A stretch of DNA of 32,000 nucleotides from Halorhodospira halophila SL1 (GTDB taxonomy: Bacteria > Pseudomonadota > Gammaproteobacteria > Nitrococcales > Halorhodospiraceae), in assembly GCF_000015585.1 (NCBI RefSeq), contig NC_008789.1, positions 1,680,001 through 1,712,000 of the forward strand, in the 5' to 3' direction. The notes beneath the pieces are model-generated. The model ran no database searches, was not told the origin of the DNA, and saw only the letters and a list, made by a program, of their open reading frames with translations. Below, piece by piece: positions 9,452-18,173 of this stretch; the stretch's first letter is position 1; each line of letters begins with the position of its first letter. The translations under genes were made by a program, and so were the position numbers.

Positions 9452-9883
9452 GTGCGCGACTTCTTCTCGCAGCAGTTCCTGCTCTTCCTGCTGACCGGGG
9501 GGATCGCGGCCGTCGTCAATTTCGGCAGCCGGATCGTCTACAGCCTGTTCATGGGGTATTCGGCGGCGATCGTTACCGCCTACATCACCGGCATGATCAC
9601 CGCCTACGTGCTGGCGCGCCTTTTCGTCTTCCGCTCCCCCCAGGTGCGTACGGTGCGCTCGGCGGTCTGGTTCACACTGGTCAACGTCGCCGCCGTCGCC
9701 CAGACCTGGGCCGTCAGTGTCGCCCTCGCCTACTACCTCCTACCGGCGGCCGGCGTGGAAGCATTCCGCGAGGAGATCGCCCACGCCGTCGGCATCGCGG
9801 TACCGGTCTTCTCCAGTTTCCTCGGGCACAAGTACCTCTCCTTCGCAACGCCAGCTGCACGGGACTCGAAGCAACCTCGCTGA
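9452..9883 (+). CDS. GtrA-family small membrane protein (polyprenyl-phosphate-sugar handling)
   Basis: The GTG at 9452 is 4 nt after the upstream stop. The 143-aa product has four hydrophobic helices, the N-terminal signature FLLFLLTGGIAAVVNFGSRIV, and a C-terminal ..FLGHKYLSF typical of GtrA. Confidence 0.75.
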   Translation: MRDFFSQQFLLFLLTGGIAAVVNFGSRIVYSLFMGYSAAIVTAYITGMITAYVLARLFVFRSPQVRTVRSAVWFTLVNVAAVAQTWAVSVALAYYLLPAAGVEAFREEIAHAVGIAVPVFSSFLGHKYLSFATPAARDSKQPR

Positions 9884-9908
9884 TCGCCCCACCGCGACCA
9901 TGCGGCGC

Positions 9909-11439
9909 TCAGTCCCGCGTGTAAAGCCGCACCGAAAGGTCCCGAAAATCCCGATGACGTTCCTCTTCGAACCCCAGTTCCGGCAGCCAGTCCAGCTCCT
10001 CGGAGCCGTCGCCCACGATCCAGATTCGGTTTGCCTCTTCGAAGCGGCTGTGCTTCCGGTGGCCGATGAAGATCTCCCGGCCGTTGGCGGCCACGGAGCG
10101 GGTTTTCCCTTCCAGTCGTAGACGCTCGCGCCAGGTCGCCCCGAGCTGCTCATAGATCTGCTCCCAACGCTCGCTGCCCGGCCACCCCTGAACCTCCATG
10201 ACCGACCCCCAGCGCGGACCGATCCAGTATCGGCTCACGCCCCAGAAGTAGGTATGATGCGGCGCGATAATCACATCCCCCGGCTCCGCATCCTCCTGCA
10301 TCCAGGCCACCGCACTGGGAAAATCCTGACCCTTGGAGCGGATCTCGTTATTCCAGAGCGTGGCCGCCATCAGGACCACGCTCACCCCCCCCGACCAGGG
10401 CGCCTTTTAGCATCGGACCGTGACGGGGTGCGAGCCCCCCTAGCCGATCCGCGAGCCAAACCAGGGTCGTCCCGGCGCCCAAAGCGATAAACGGCAGGAT
10501 GTAGAAAAGGGCACGGGGGTGCCAGACCGGACGCAAGCCGTAACTCAGGCCAAGCACCAGCAGGACCGGGAACACCACGTACGCAATGACGAGCCAACGG
10601 GAGCGCATCGGGGCGATTGCCGCCAAGGCCAACGCCCAGATCGCGAAGGCCAGCCCCATCATCAAACCCTCACGGACACCGATGCTGGACATCACCAGAT
10701 CGGTCAAGCCTATCCATATGTCCGCCAGCTCCGCGACCGCCGTATGGCCGATGCTGCGAACCAGCGTATCCCCCATCGCCGGCAGCGCCAGCACCACGAT
10801 GACGATCTGAGTCAACCCCCACGCACGGATCCGCGACCAGTCGGGCCGGTAAGCGGCGATCAGGACCAACCCGAAGAACCCTGCCGTCACCGGGATAAAG
10901 ATCCCCGTCGCGTGGGTGTAGATTGCCGCAACGCCAGCCGCCCCCAGTCCCCACAGCGCCTTGCGACTGGCCGCTTCGCTCAGCCACGCCGTGCTGAAGT
11001 GCCAGGTCAGCACCGCCAGCGCAGCCAACATGGGATACATCCGCAGCGTCTGACCAGCGGCAACGGCCGCGGGCAGGACTGCGAGCAACAGCGCAGCGAC
11101 CAATGCCTCCCGCTCACCGATGCGCCGGCGTCCACAGAAGTAGACCAGCGCGACCGTCAGCACGCCCCAGAAAACGGAGTTCAGGCGCAACCAAGTATCG
11201 GAGTCGTGGATCCAACCCCAGACCACCATCTGCATGGAGTGCAGGGGCGGGTGCAGATCAAAGCGGAGCGTTGCCAGGATGGCATCCAGCATGGACTGAG
11301 AGGCGTAGGTCGCCTGGAACATCTCATCGAACCAGAACCAGCGATCCGGCGGTAGCAGCGCAGGCAACCCTGCTGCCAGACCCAACACCACGGCCAAGGG
11401 CCCCCAGGCCCACAACGAAGTCCGTCCCGCGAAATCCAT
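9909..11439 (-). pseudogene. GT-C fold glycosyltransferase (family 39/83, ArnT/PMT_2-like) split by a +1 frameshift in a G8 tract
   Basis: The membrane part (ORF 10348..11517) most likely starts at the ATG at 11439 (MDFAGRTS). This start overlaps the upstream stop as TAATG and is preceded by AAGGAGG. It carries the first-loop FDEMF and HPPL motifs of GT-C enzymes. The soluble C-terminal part is ORF 9909..10385. With 7 rather than 8 G (plus-strand C8 at 10385-10392) the two read through as ..LVGGVSVVLMAATLWNN... Confidence 0.65.
10385..10392. repeat. C8/G8 homopolymer tract located exactly at the frameshift of the GT-C glycosyltransferase
   Basis: Direct reading gives ctca-cccccccc-gacc. The coding strand reads GTC GGG GGG GGT GAG. 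Confidence 0.9.
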
Positions 11440-12575
11440 TACCACGCCTCCTTTCGTTCGCGCCCCCTCTTTTGCAGGATCCGATCCCGGGCTGCGCGAA
11501 GTTGCCGCTCCAACCACAGCATCGGTCGCCGCCTCTGCAGGGAGACCCGCAGCATCTCTCCCTTCCCGCTAGCCAGGCTGCGCTTGTACTGGCTCTCACC
11601 AACGAGGAAATCGTAGCAGTGGACCCCGGTCTCCGCCGCGGCCGCCATGGCGAGGATATGGCTCACGAGCCCCGGCTTGCTGCGGGGATCTGCCTCATAA
11701 GCGAGGCCACTCTGGTAATTGCACTCATAGCCCCCCGCCCGCAGGTTGTAGAGATAGCCAATCACCCGCTCCGAGGTCTGCACCCGGATCATGCGAGCGC
11801 TACCATCCTGGGCGCCCGCCTCGATTAGGTGCTCATGGAATGCACGCATGAACGGATCGGCGAAAGCGCCGACCTTGCCCTGCGCCTGCCAGCGCGCTTG
11901 ATGCAGCTCGACCATATGCTCGAACCACCGCACGGCCATGGCCGGGTCCGTGGCGACCTCAAAGGCGAGGGCGTCGAGCCCACCGTACTGCCGGATCGAC
12001 CGCCGAATCTGTTGCCGCGTGTTGCTGCTGAGACTGCTGAGGAGTTGATCCGGCCTGGCATCCCGAGACTGCAACCCGCGAAAATAGTAGGGTCGACGAT
12101 CTATCACCACCGGCATCAGCGGCAAGTGGGAACACTCCAACCAGCACGCCCGCCAACGATCCGCCTCGACCCACCCCAGGCAGAGTTCGTCCCAGTCTGT
12201 GTCCGTGAGCAGACCCTCGACCATGCCGGCGAACGCCTTCGCCTCGGCCCCCACCGGGGCCAGCGGCGCGTTGTGCTCGACCGTCAAGTAGTCAAGGCGC
12301 GGATCGCCCGTCTCGTTGAGAAAGAGCATCCGACTGCTGAAAACAAGGGCCCGACGAACCCTGGCCCTGCCGAGCGTGGCCAAGGCTCTCGGCTCGCCGC
12401 CCCACTGGTACAGGACGGTTTCCAGGGCCGGGGGGACCGGGTCGTCTGGAGCTAATTTGTGGAGGGTTCGGTGCCAGGCCGTCGTCAGGAACGGATTCGG
12501 GAGAGCATCTTGCGCCAGGCGATCCCAGGCAGAGGCCACTTGCGCGAAAGGCTGTCGCTGAACCGAGGGCTCCAT
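11439..12575 (-). CDS. GNAT-fold acyltransferase of the CelD/BioF2-like (FemAB-related) type, as found in PEP-CTERM EPS loci
   Basis: 378-aa ORF. The C-terminal region IGYLYNLRAGGYECNYQSGLAYE...GLVSHILAMAAAAETGVHCYDFLVGESQYKRSLA resembles the CelD/BioF2-like acetyltransferase domain (DFL.G...YK). Confidence 0.7.
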   Translation of the reverse strand: MEPSVQRQPFAQVASAWDRLAQDALPNPFLTTAWHRTLHKLAPDDPVPPALETVLYQWGGEPRALATLGRARVRRALVFSSRMLFLNETGDPRLDYLTVEHNAPLAPVGAEAKAFAGMVEGLLTDTDWDELCLGWVEADRWRACWLECSHLPLMPVVIDRRPYYFRGLQSRDARPDQLLSSLSSNTRQQIRRSIRQYGGLDALAFEVATDPAMAVRWFEHMVELHQARWQAQGKVGAFADPFMRAFHEHLIEAGAQDGSARMIRVQTSERVIGYLYNLRAGGYECNYQSGLAYEADPRSKPGLVSHILAMAAAAETGVHCYDFLVGESQYKRSLASGKGEMLRVSLQRRRPMLWLERQLRAARDRILQKRGRERKEAW

Positions 12576-12617
12576 GCCACCTCACCAGGCGCTTACCTTA
12601 GGCGTAATAGCGCTACC

Positions 12618-12659
12618 GAATGCCCGATCCCGAATGGTTCCTCCTGCAACCGGGCATTC
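12618..12659. promoter_or_regulatory. 9-bp perfect inverted repeat (gaatgcccg ... cgggcattc, 24-nt spacer) in the divergent intergenic region 12576-12730
   Basis: Read directly: gaatgcccg at 12618-12626 and cgggcattc at 12651-12659. There is also a 7-bp direct repeat ccgaatg at 12616-12622 and 12630-12636. It lies between divergently transcribed genes, so it is a candidate operator or RNA hairpin. Confidence 0.3.
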
Positions 12660-12730
12660 CTTAATCCCTCTGCTATTCTGCCTTAGAGCGTAGCACAAAC
12701 GCGGGATTCGCCCCTCTGAGCGCGGCAAGG

Positions 12731-13711
12731 ATGGCACCGTACATGGTCATGGCTCGATTACCGGCCCGCGCGGCGTGGTTTGCCTTTCAGGCTCAGCCCC
12801 GACTATCGATTCTCATATACCACCGCGTCCGTCCCGCACCGGATCCGATGCGCCCCGATGATCCGGATGTTCAGCGGTTTGAGGAGCAGATTGCCTGGCT
12901 GCGTCACGCCTGCCACGTTTGGCCTTTGAAGGAGGCCATCCGCCACTTGTACGCCGGCACCCTGCCCCGCGGGTCCGTGGCCATAACTTTTGACGACGGC
13001 TACGCGGACAACCATGACTACGCCTTACCTGTGTTGCTCCGGCAGGGCGTCCCCGCAACCTTCTTCATCGCGACCGGATTTCTTAACGGCGGGCGGATGT
13101 TCAACGATACGCTCATGGAGGCGTTCGCGAACACGGAACAGCTGGCTGTCGAACTGCCCGAGTTGGGACTGCCGCACCTTCCCCTTGACGGGGTCGAGGC
13201 ACGCTGCCAAGCGAGCCGGCAGGTCACCAAGGGCATCAAGCACCTCCCCCCGCCGGAGCGAGCAGCCTCGGTGGAGCTGATCCTAGACCGCCTGGGGCGT
13301 CCCGATTGCGGCCAATCCCCCATGATGACGGATGCACAGGTCAAGGCGCTGTACGAACAGGGCATGGAGATTGGCGCCCACACCGTTACCCACCCCATCC
13401 TACGAACCCTGGATGAGGCCTCGGCACGCGATGAGCTCGCGCAGAGTCGAGACTACCTGCAGACACTGCTCGGTGCACCCGTTGGCCTGTTCGCCTACCC
13501 CAACGGCAAGCCGGGGCAGGACTACGGCCCCCGCGAACCGGGCCTCCTGCAGGAACTCGGCTTCAAAGCGGCGGTGTGCACTGCTCCCGGCGGGGCCAAC
13601 CGGGGTCGCGATCCCTATCAACTACCTCGTTACACCCCTCACGGCCGCACGCCCATGCGCTTCATGACCCAACTGATACGTTGCAGTCGCGAGGAGGCTG
13701 AGGCGGCCTGA
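12731..13711 (+). CDS. Polysaccharide deacetylase (NodB homology domain; PEP-CTERM-locus type)
   Basis: NodB motifs ITFDDGYADN and GAHTVTHP are present, along with LFAYPNG. 326-aa ORF. Confidence 0.85.
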   Translation: MAPYMVMARLPARAAWFAFQAQPRLSILIYHRVRPAPDPMRPDDPDVQRFEEQIAWLRHACHVWPLKEAIRHLYAGTLPRGSVAITFDDGYADNHDYALPVLLRQGVPATFFIATGFLNGGRMFNDTLMEAFANTEQLAVELPELGLPHLPLDGVEARCQASRQVTKGIKHLPPPERAASVELILDRLGRPDCGQSPMMTDAQVKALYEQGMEIGAHTVTHPILRTLDEASARDELAQSRDYLQTLLGAPVGLFAYPNGKPGQDYGPREPGLLQELGFKAAVCTAPGGANRGRDPYQLPRYTPHGRTPMRFMTQLIRCSREEAEAA

Positions 13712-13725
13712 CGCCGAATCCGCTT

Positions 13726-15144
13726 ATGGACCTTCGTGACATCGTCTTCGGCACCATCCTGATCTCCAGCCTGCCGCTGATCTTATACAGGCCCTGGATC
13801 GGGCCGCTGATGTGGTACTGGGTGGGCTTTTTTAATCCGCACCAGCAGGCGTGGGGGTTCTTTGCCGGTGCTCAGGTCGCACTCCCCGTCGCTATCGCGA
13901 CCCTCGCAGCCACCGCCTATACCCAGGAGAAGCGCTGGCCACCGATGACTCGGGAGATGTGGCTGGTCTTCCTTCAGGTCATCCTGTTCACGGTGATTAC
14001 GTTCGGCTTCGCCTGGCTCCCGGATGACGCGTTCGGGCTCTGGGATCAGCGGATGCGCATCATCTTGATGACCGTCATCACGGTAATACTGATCTACGGG
14101 AAGCAGCGCGTCATGGCGCTGCTGGCCATGATCACCCTGTCCATCGCCTACTTCGGCTTCAAGGGCGGCCCCTATACGCTCAGCACCGGATTCGGGGGGA
14201 TGGTACTCGGGCCACAGGGAACGTTCATCGGCGGCAATACCGATATCGGCCTGGCTCTGGTGATGATCCTGCCTCTCACCTTAATCCTCGCCCGCCAGGT
14301 CTATCACGGGCGTTTCGAACTCCCGATCCGCATCCCCGGCTTCGAAACCTGGCACCGGCTGATTGGGCTCGCCCTCTACGGCGGCTTCTGGATGACCCTG
14401 ATCTCGATCATTGGGACCCAGTCCCGCGGTGCCTGGGTAGCCCTGGCATGCACCTGGCCGTTCATCTTCTGGCGCCTGCGCTTCAAGTGGGCCCTGGTCG
14501 CCGCCGTCGTCCTCGCGGTTGGGGTCATCGGAGTCACGGTCCCGGACCGCGTGGCCCACGAGTGGCAGACCCTTGTCGAATACGAGGACGACGGGTCCGC
14601 ACAGGGCCGATTCCACGCGTGGGATGTGGCTTGGAACATTGGGGTGGAGCACCCGCTGACCGGTGCCGGCTTTGGTGCCCAACGCATCGACGCCGAGCTA
14701 TGGCGCTCCTACAGTAGCGATGGTGATGGCAGCCCGCTCGCACAGCACAGCATCTACTTCCAGACGCTGGCCGAGAACGGATTCCTGGGGCTCGGGCTGT
14801 TCCTGGCACTACTTGGCTTTACGCTGCTCACCCTGAACCGTCTGCGTCGCGACGCCGCTCAGCACCCGGATACGCTCTGGATCAGCGAGTGGTCGTGGGC
14901 CCTCGCCATCGGCCTGATCGGTTACTGCGTCGCGGGGGCCTTCTTGAGCCTCGCGTACTTCGACCTGATGTACGCCTTTATCGCCCTAGCCATCATCCTG
15001 CGCCGAGAATTTGAGGATGTCCGGGTCGCGGTACGGTACCCCAGCCCGACCACCGCCACAGCACCACAACAAACGCCGGTGGGCGAAGTCGGCTATCGTC
15101 CGGGTACTCCGCCGCGTGCCCTCTATCGACGCCCCCCTGCATAA
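13726..15144 (+). CDS. O-antigen ligase-like membrane protein (putative O-glycosylation ligase, exosortase A system-associated type)
   Basis: 472 aa and polytopic. The N-terminus LILYRPWIGPLMWYWVGFFNPHQQAWGF and the SRGAWVALA, RFHAWDVAW...HPLTGAGFG and HSIYFQTLAENGFLGL motifs follow the Wzy_C/O-antigen ligase pattern. Confidence 0.8.
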   Translation: MDLRDIVFGTILISSLPLILYRPWIGPLMWYWVGFFNPHQQAWGFFAGAQVALPVAIATLAATAYTQEKRWPPMTREMWLVFLQVILFTVITFGFAWLPDDAFGLWDQRMRIILMTVITVILIYGKQRVMALLAMITLSIAYFGFKGGPYTLSTGFGGMVLGPQGTFIGGNTDIGLALVMILPLTLILARQVYHGRFELPIRIPGFETWHRLIGLALYGGFWMTLISIIGTQSRGAWVALACTWPFIFWRLRFKWALVAAVVLAVGVIGVTVPDRVAHEWQTLVEYEDDGSAQGRFHAWDVAWNIGVEHPLTGAGFGAQRIDAELWRSYSSDGDGSPLAQHSIYFQTLAENGFLGLGLFLALLGFTLLTLNRLRRDAAQHPDTLWISEWSWALAIGLIGYCVAGAFLSLAYFDLMYAFIALAIILRREFEDVRVAVRYPSPTTATAPQQTPVGEVGYRPGTPPRALYRRPPA

Positions 15145-15155
15145 CGGGAGTTTGC

Positions 15156-16601
15156 ATGTACTGCCTGATCGATCAGCACGGTGCGATGTCCGGACACCCC
15201 TCCCATCAATTGGCCTTTGATAAGGCCGATGACGAGCCCACACTGTTGGCCTGGTGGGCTTTTGATGGCGAGTGTCTGCAGATCCAGGCTGACCGCCTCG
15301 GCGTCATCCCACTCTTCCATGGCGTGTTACCGACGGGAGGCTACGTCGTCTCGGACTCACTGCTCGAGGCTTGCTCTCTCGCCGGGCAACCGCTGGATCT
15401 TGACCATGCGGCGATCGCCGTTTTCCTCCGGTTGGGCTACTACCTGGGGGAGGATACCCCCTTCAGGGCGCTCCGGGTTCTAGCCCCCGGAGAGCGCATC
15501 CATTTCACACCGCGAAGGCTCACACGGCATGTTCCAGATTTACCCATCATGGCGCCGCGAGCGTTACCTCGAGACGCGGCAATCAGGGAGTACGATTCCC
15601 TTTTTTCGGAGGCCATTCGTGCACGATCCGTCGGCACTCAGCTAAAGACCCTCCCATTATCCGGGGGGCGCGACTCCAGGCACATCCTACTGGAACTGGA
15701 TCGCTTGGGCCGCCGACCTGAAAGGGCCGTGATCAGTGCTAGAAGCGGAACGGACGACACAGATCGCGCTGTCACTTTGGCGAAATACTTGGACCTTGAC
15801 ATCGACCTGGTCACCCAACCAGAAGACTTCTTCGCCCTCGAAAAGGAGAAAAACCGACGCAACCATTTCCTGACCGATGAGAACGCCTGGTACCTGCCTA
15901 TTGCGCAACACCTCCAGGGAACCGTACTAGACGGGTTGGGCGGCGATGTCCTGTCCAACGGTTATGGTTTCAAGCGTCGACTGGCCTCCCTGATGGCAGA
16001 CAACCGACTAAGCGAAGCCGCGTCGTTCTTGCTTCCATCCACAGCGAGCACCAAAGTCCTGAAACCCTTCTACCGCGACCAGTGGTCTCGGACAGTCGCA
16101 ATGAATAGGTTGCATGCAGAGCTCGCAAGGCATGCAAAGGCGCCCAACCCAGTCGCTTCCTTCCTATTCTGGAATCGCACTCGTCGTGAGGTGGCGCTTA
16201 TCCCCTTGACCCTAATCGCACCGCGGGCAGACGTCGCCTTGCCGTATCTCGACGCCTCCCTGCTGGACTTTTTCCTTTCCCTCCCGGCTGAGGACTTTGG
16301 AGAACCAGGTTTCCATGATGAGGTACTAGCTACCACCTATCCAAAAGCCTCCCAGCTCCCCTATGCCACGAAAAAAAAAGCCACGGGACAACGCTGGGCT
16401 CGCATCAAGCGCTCTCGCGCTTATCACCAGCAACTTCGCGCTGCGTTTGATCTTTACCGCCATGGGCATTTAGTCGGCCACGGGTGTCTGCCATATTTGC
16501 TCGAATCCTTCATTACGGGACACGACCGTCCTATCTCATGGCCGTTTCGTCCACTGCACCCCCTAGAACAACTGTTAGAGCATACCGCTGTACGAATGTA
16601 A
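15156..16601 (+). CDS. Asparagine-synthetase-B-like PP-loop adenylating enzyme with a truncated, Cys-less N-terminal domain
   Basis: The PP-loop LSGGRDS is present. DRLGVIPLFH and LRLGYYLGEDTPFRALRVLAPGE resemble the AsnB inter-domain region. The protein begins MYCLIDQ rather than MCG, and only about 100 aa precede the synthetase domain. It starts 12 nt after the upstream stop. Confidence 0.75.
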   Translation: MYCLIDQHGAMSGHPSHQLAFDKADDEPTLLAWWAFDGECLQIQADRLGVIPLFHGVLPTGGYVVSDSLLEACSLAGQPLDLDHAAIAVFLRLGYYLGEDTPFRALRVLAPGERIHFTPRRLTRHVPDLPIMAPRALPRDAAIREYDSLFSEAIRARSVGTQLKTLPLSGGRDSRHILLELDRLGRRPERAVISARSGTDDTDRAVTLAKYLDLDIDLVTQPEDFFALEKEKNRRNHFLTDENAWYLPIAQHLQGTVLDGLGGDVLSNGYGFKRRLASLMADNRLSEAASFLLPSTASTKVLKPFYRDQWSRTVAMNRLHAELARHAKAPNPVASFLFWNRTRREVALIPLTLIAPRADVALPYLDASLLDFFLSLPAEDFGEPGFHDEVLATTYPKASQLPYATKKKATGQRWARIKRSRAYHQQLRAAFDLYRHGHLVGHGCLPYLLESFITGHDRPISWPFRPLHPLEQLLEHTAVRM

Positions 16602-16805
16602 TGCCGACTACCTTAGGCCCTCGCAATCACCGTCTCACCCCGGTGACGGAATGCGGCGTCGCGCCCGGTCTATTAGCATGGCTGACGATGCACGCCAACG
16701 TGGCCAAGCACAGAACCAGTGCTTATCGAACGCAGAACCATCACCATAGCCACCACTCTAGTTTTATACCCCATCCTCCCGACTGATTGAATGCTCATCG
16801 ATTGG

Positions 16806-18008
16806 TCAGACCGAGGCATAACTTTCTCCCAGGGCTTCCGCAGCCACTACGTTCTCTGCAAAATCCCGTACCCGACCGATGATCTCGGGCTCAACCCAGG
16901 CCGCGCGGTGGCACCCCCAATCCCAGTTTCCTTCGATAAGGTAAGGCCCTTGTGGTGAAATAGCGATATCCCAACCGATCGTTCGAACACCTGGAAACAC
17001 GTCGCGGTGCGCGGCCTCCGCCACCTGCAGCACGCTGGTCCAGAAGGGGATCTTAACCCCCCCGAGCACTGCACCGCTATCCGGGTGTCTTTCACATGCG
17101 GTCACCTCAAAACCGTGAATCCAGAACCCAGTATCCCGCGTGGCTCCCCCGACTAGGTCAACGCCTATTATTACCCGCCCATCCCGGGCATTGTCTGTTA
17201 TCGCCCCCCGCGCCCCGATCCTTAGAACGGCAACAAGCGGGACCACATTACGGCTGCCATCGATTCCGGTGACGATGCGCAGCGTATTCAGGGAGTTTTT
17301 ATGGATTCGCTCGAGGACGGGGTGATTATAAATTTTCCTCTGCACAACAAATGGGCTATCGTAAGAGGCCATTTCTAACTCATTCGGGATGTCAAAAGAA
17401 GGCTGGCCATAATCAGAGCGCACACCGATGCAGAATATTTGCTTCCCTTGCTGACCGAACTGCGGCTTGGCAATAATTTCTTCACCCGAGAGCACATCGG
17501 GATCATTTTTGAAAAATGGTTCTTTGGCATGCTGACCATCCGGTACAAACGCCCCACGATGGAGCGTTCCTATAACCGGCGCGGTGGGCACCCCCTGCTC
17601 AGCCACCTTAAAGTAGAAGTCGAGTTTGTCAGTTAGGCTTTGGGCGTGCTCTTGGCCATTTCTGGAAGAGGTGTCCGCATAGCAGGTCCCCTGCCCGTAC
17701 GAATCACGGACACTGTGGAAATAGGCGGGCCGGAGGATACGTATACGTCGCCGTCGCAAATCACAGTTAAACGCTAGGTAAGCGTCCGGTGTATTCTTAA
17801 AAATGACGGTCGCGTACAAGAGCTCGAAAAACCGACGGGGCAACGGCTTCCGCTCCTGATAACAATGGCCGCGGGGGTTGCTCCTAGCCAGACGAATTAG
17901 TGGCCGGATATTTCTGCAAATAAATGCACCCCTCCAGTAGTAGGGCTGCGCCTTTGACCATAACCGTCCGAGCCAATGGCTTTTGGATATTTTATTTTTG
18001 TTAATCAT
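16806..18008 (-). CDS. ATP-grasp protein of the sugar-transfer-associated type (ATPgrasp_ST-like)
   Basis: 400-aa ORF in the lowest-GC part of the window; the ATG at 18008 has GGGAG upstream. The segment SLNTLRIVTGIDGSRNVVPLVAVLRIGARGAITDNARDGRVIIGVDLVGG...HPDSG resembles the conserved core of that family. The call rests on recollection of the family pattern only. Confidence 0.55.
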   Translation of the reverse strand: MINKNKISKSHWLGRLWSKAQPYYWRGAFICRNIRPLIRLARSNPRGHCYQERKPLPRRFFELLYATVIFKNTPDAYLAFNCDLRRRRIRILRPAYFHSVRDSYGQGTCYADTSSRNGQEHAQSLTDKLDFYFKVAEQGVPTAPVIGTLHRGAFVPDGQHAKEPFFKNDPDVLSGEEIIAKPQFGQQGKQIFCIGVRSDYGQPSFDIPNELEMASYDSPFVVQRKIYNHPVLERIHKNSLNTLRIVTGIDGSRNVVPLVAVLRIGARGAITDNARDGRVIIGVDLVGGATRDTGFWIHGFEVTACERHPDSGAVLGGVKIPFWTSVLQVAEAAHRDVFPGVRTIGWDIAISPQGPYLIEGNWDWGCHRAAWVEPEIIGRVRDFAENVVAAEALGESYASV

Positions 18009-18173
18009 TTACAGACTCCCATAACCTGCCGGTCTCAATCACAACATAACGTAATTCGGGCTTTCCAAAACAAAGGCCACTCATACTCAGCATATTCTCA
18101 GGCAGCAATAGCTTGGTCGTCGCCGGTGTGGAAGCGCGCGCTGATATGGCATCAGCCACGATCTACCTCTGTT

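Noticed and set aside
374-11355. Long ORFs antisense to, or out of frame with, the called genes. Examples: 374..1108(+), 3679..4668(-), 5745..6335(-), 6362..7084(-), 7999..8655(-), 10519..11355(+), and later 24768..25274(-).
   Set aside because: They are extremely rich in Arg, Pro, Gly and Ala and carry no recognisable motifs. Each is fully nested in an ORF with clear family signatures. Such shadow ORFs are expected in 65% GC DNA.
18001-18093. 30-codon ORF on the - strand that ends overlapping the ATP-grasp start. It could be read as a graspetide-like precursor.
   Set aside because: It has only a weak SD. It has no Thr/Ser plus Asp/Glu/Lys core repeats typical of omega-ester peptides. The ATP-grasp looks like the sugar-transfer type, not a graspetide ligase. 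The ORF length is within chance expectation for this lower-GC stretch.
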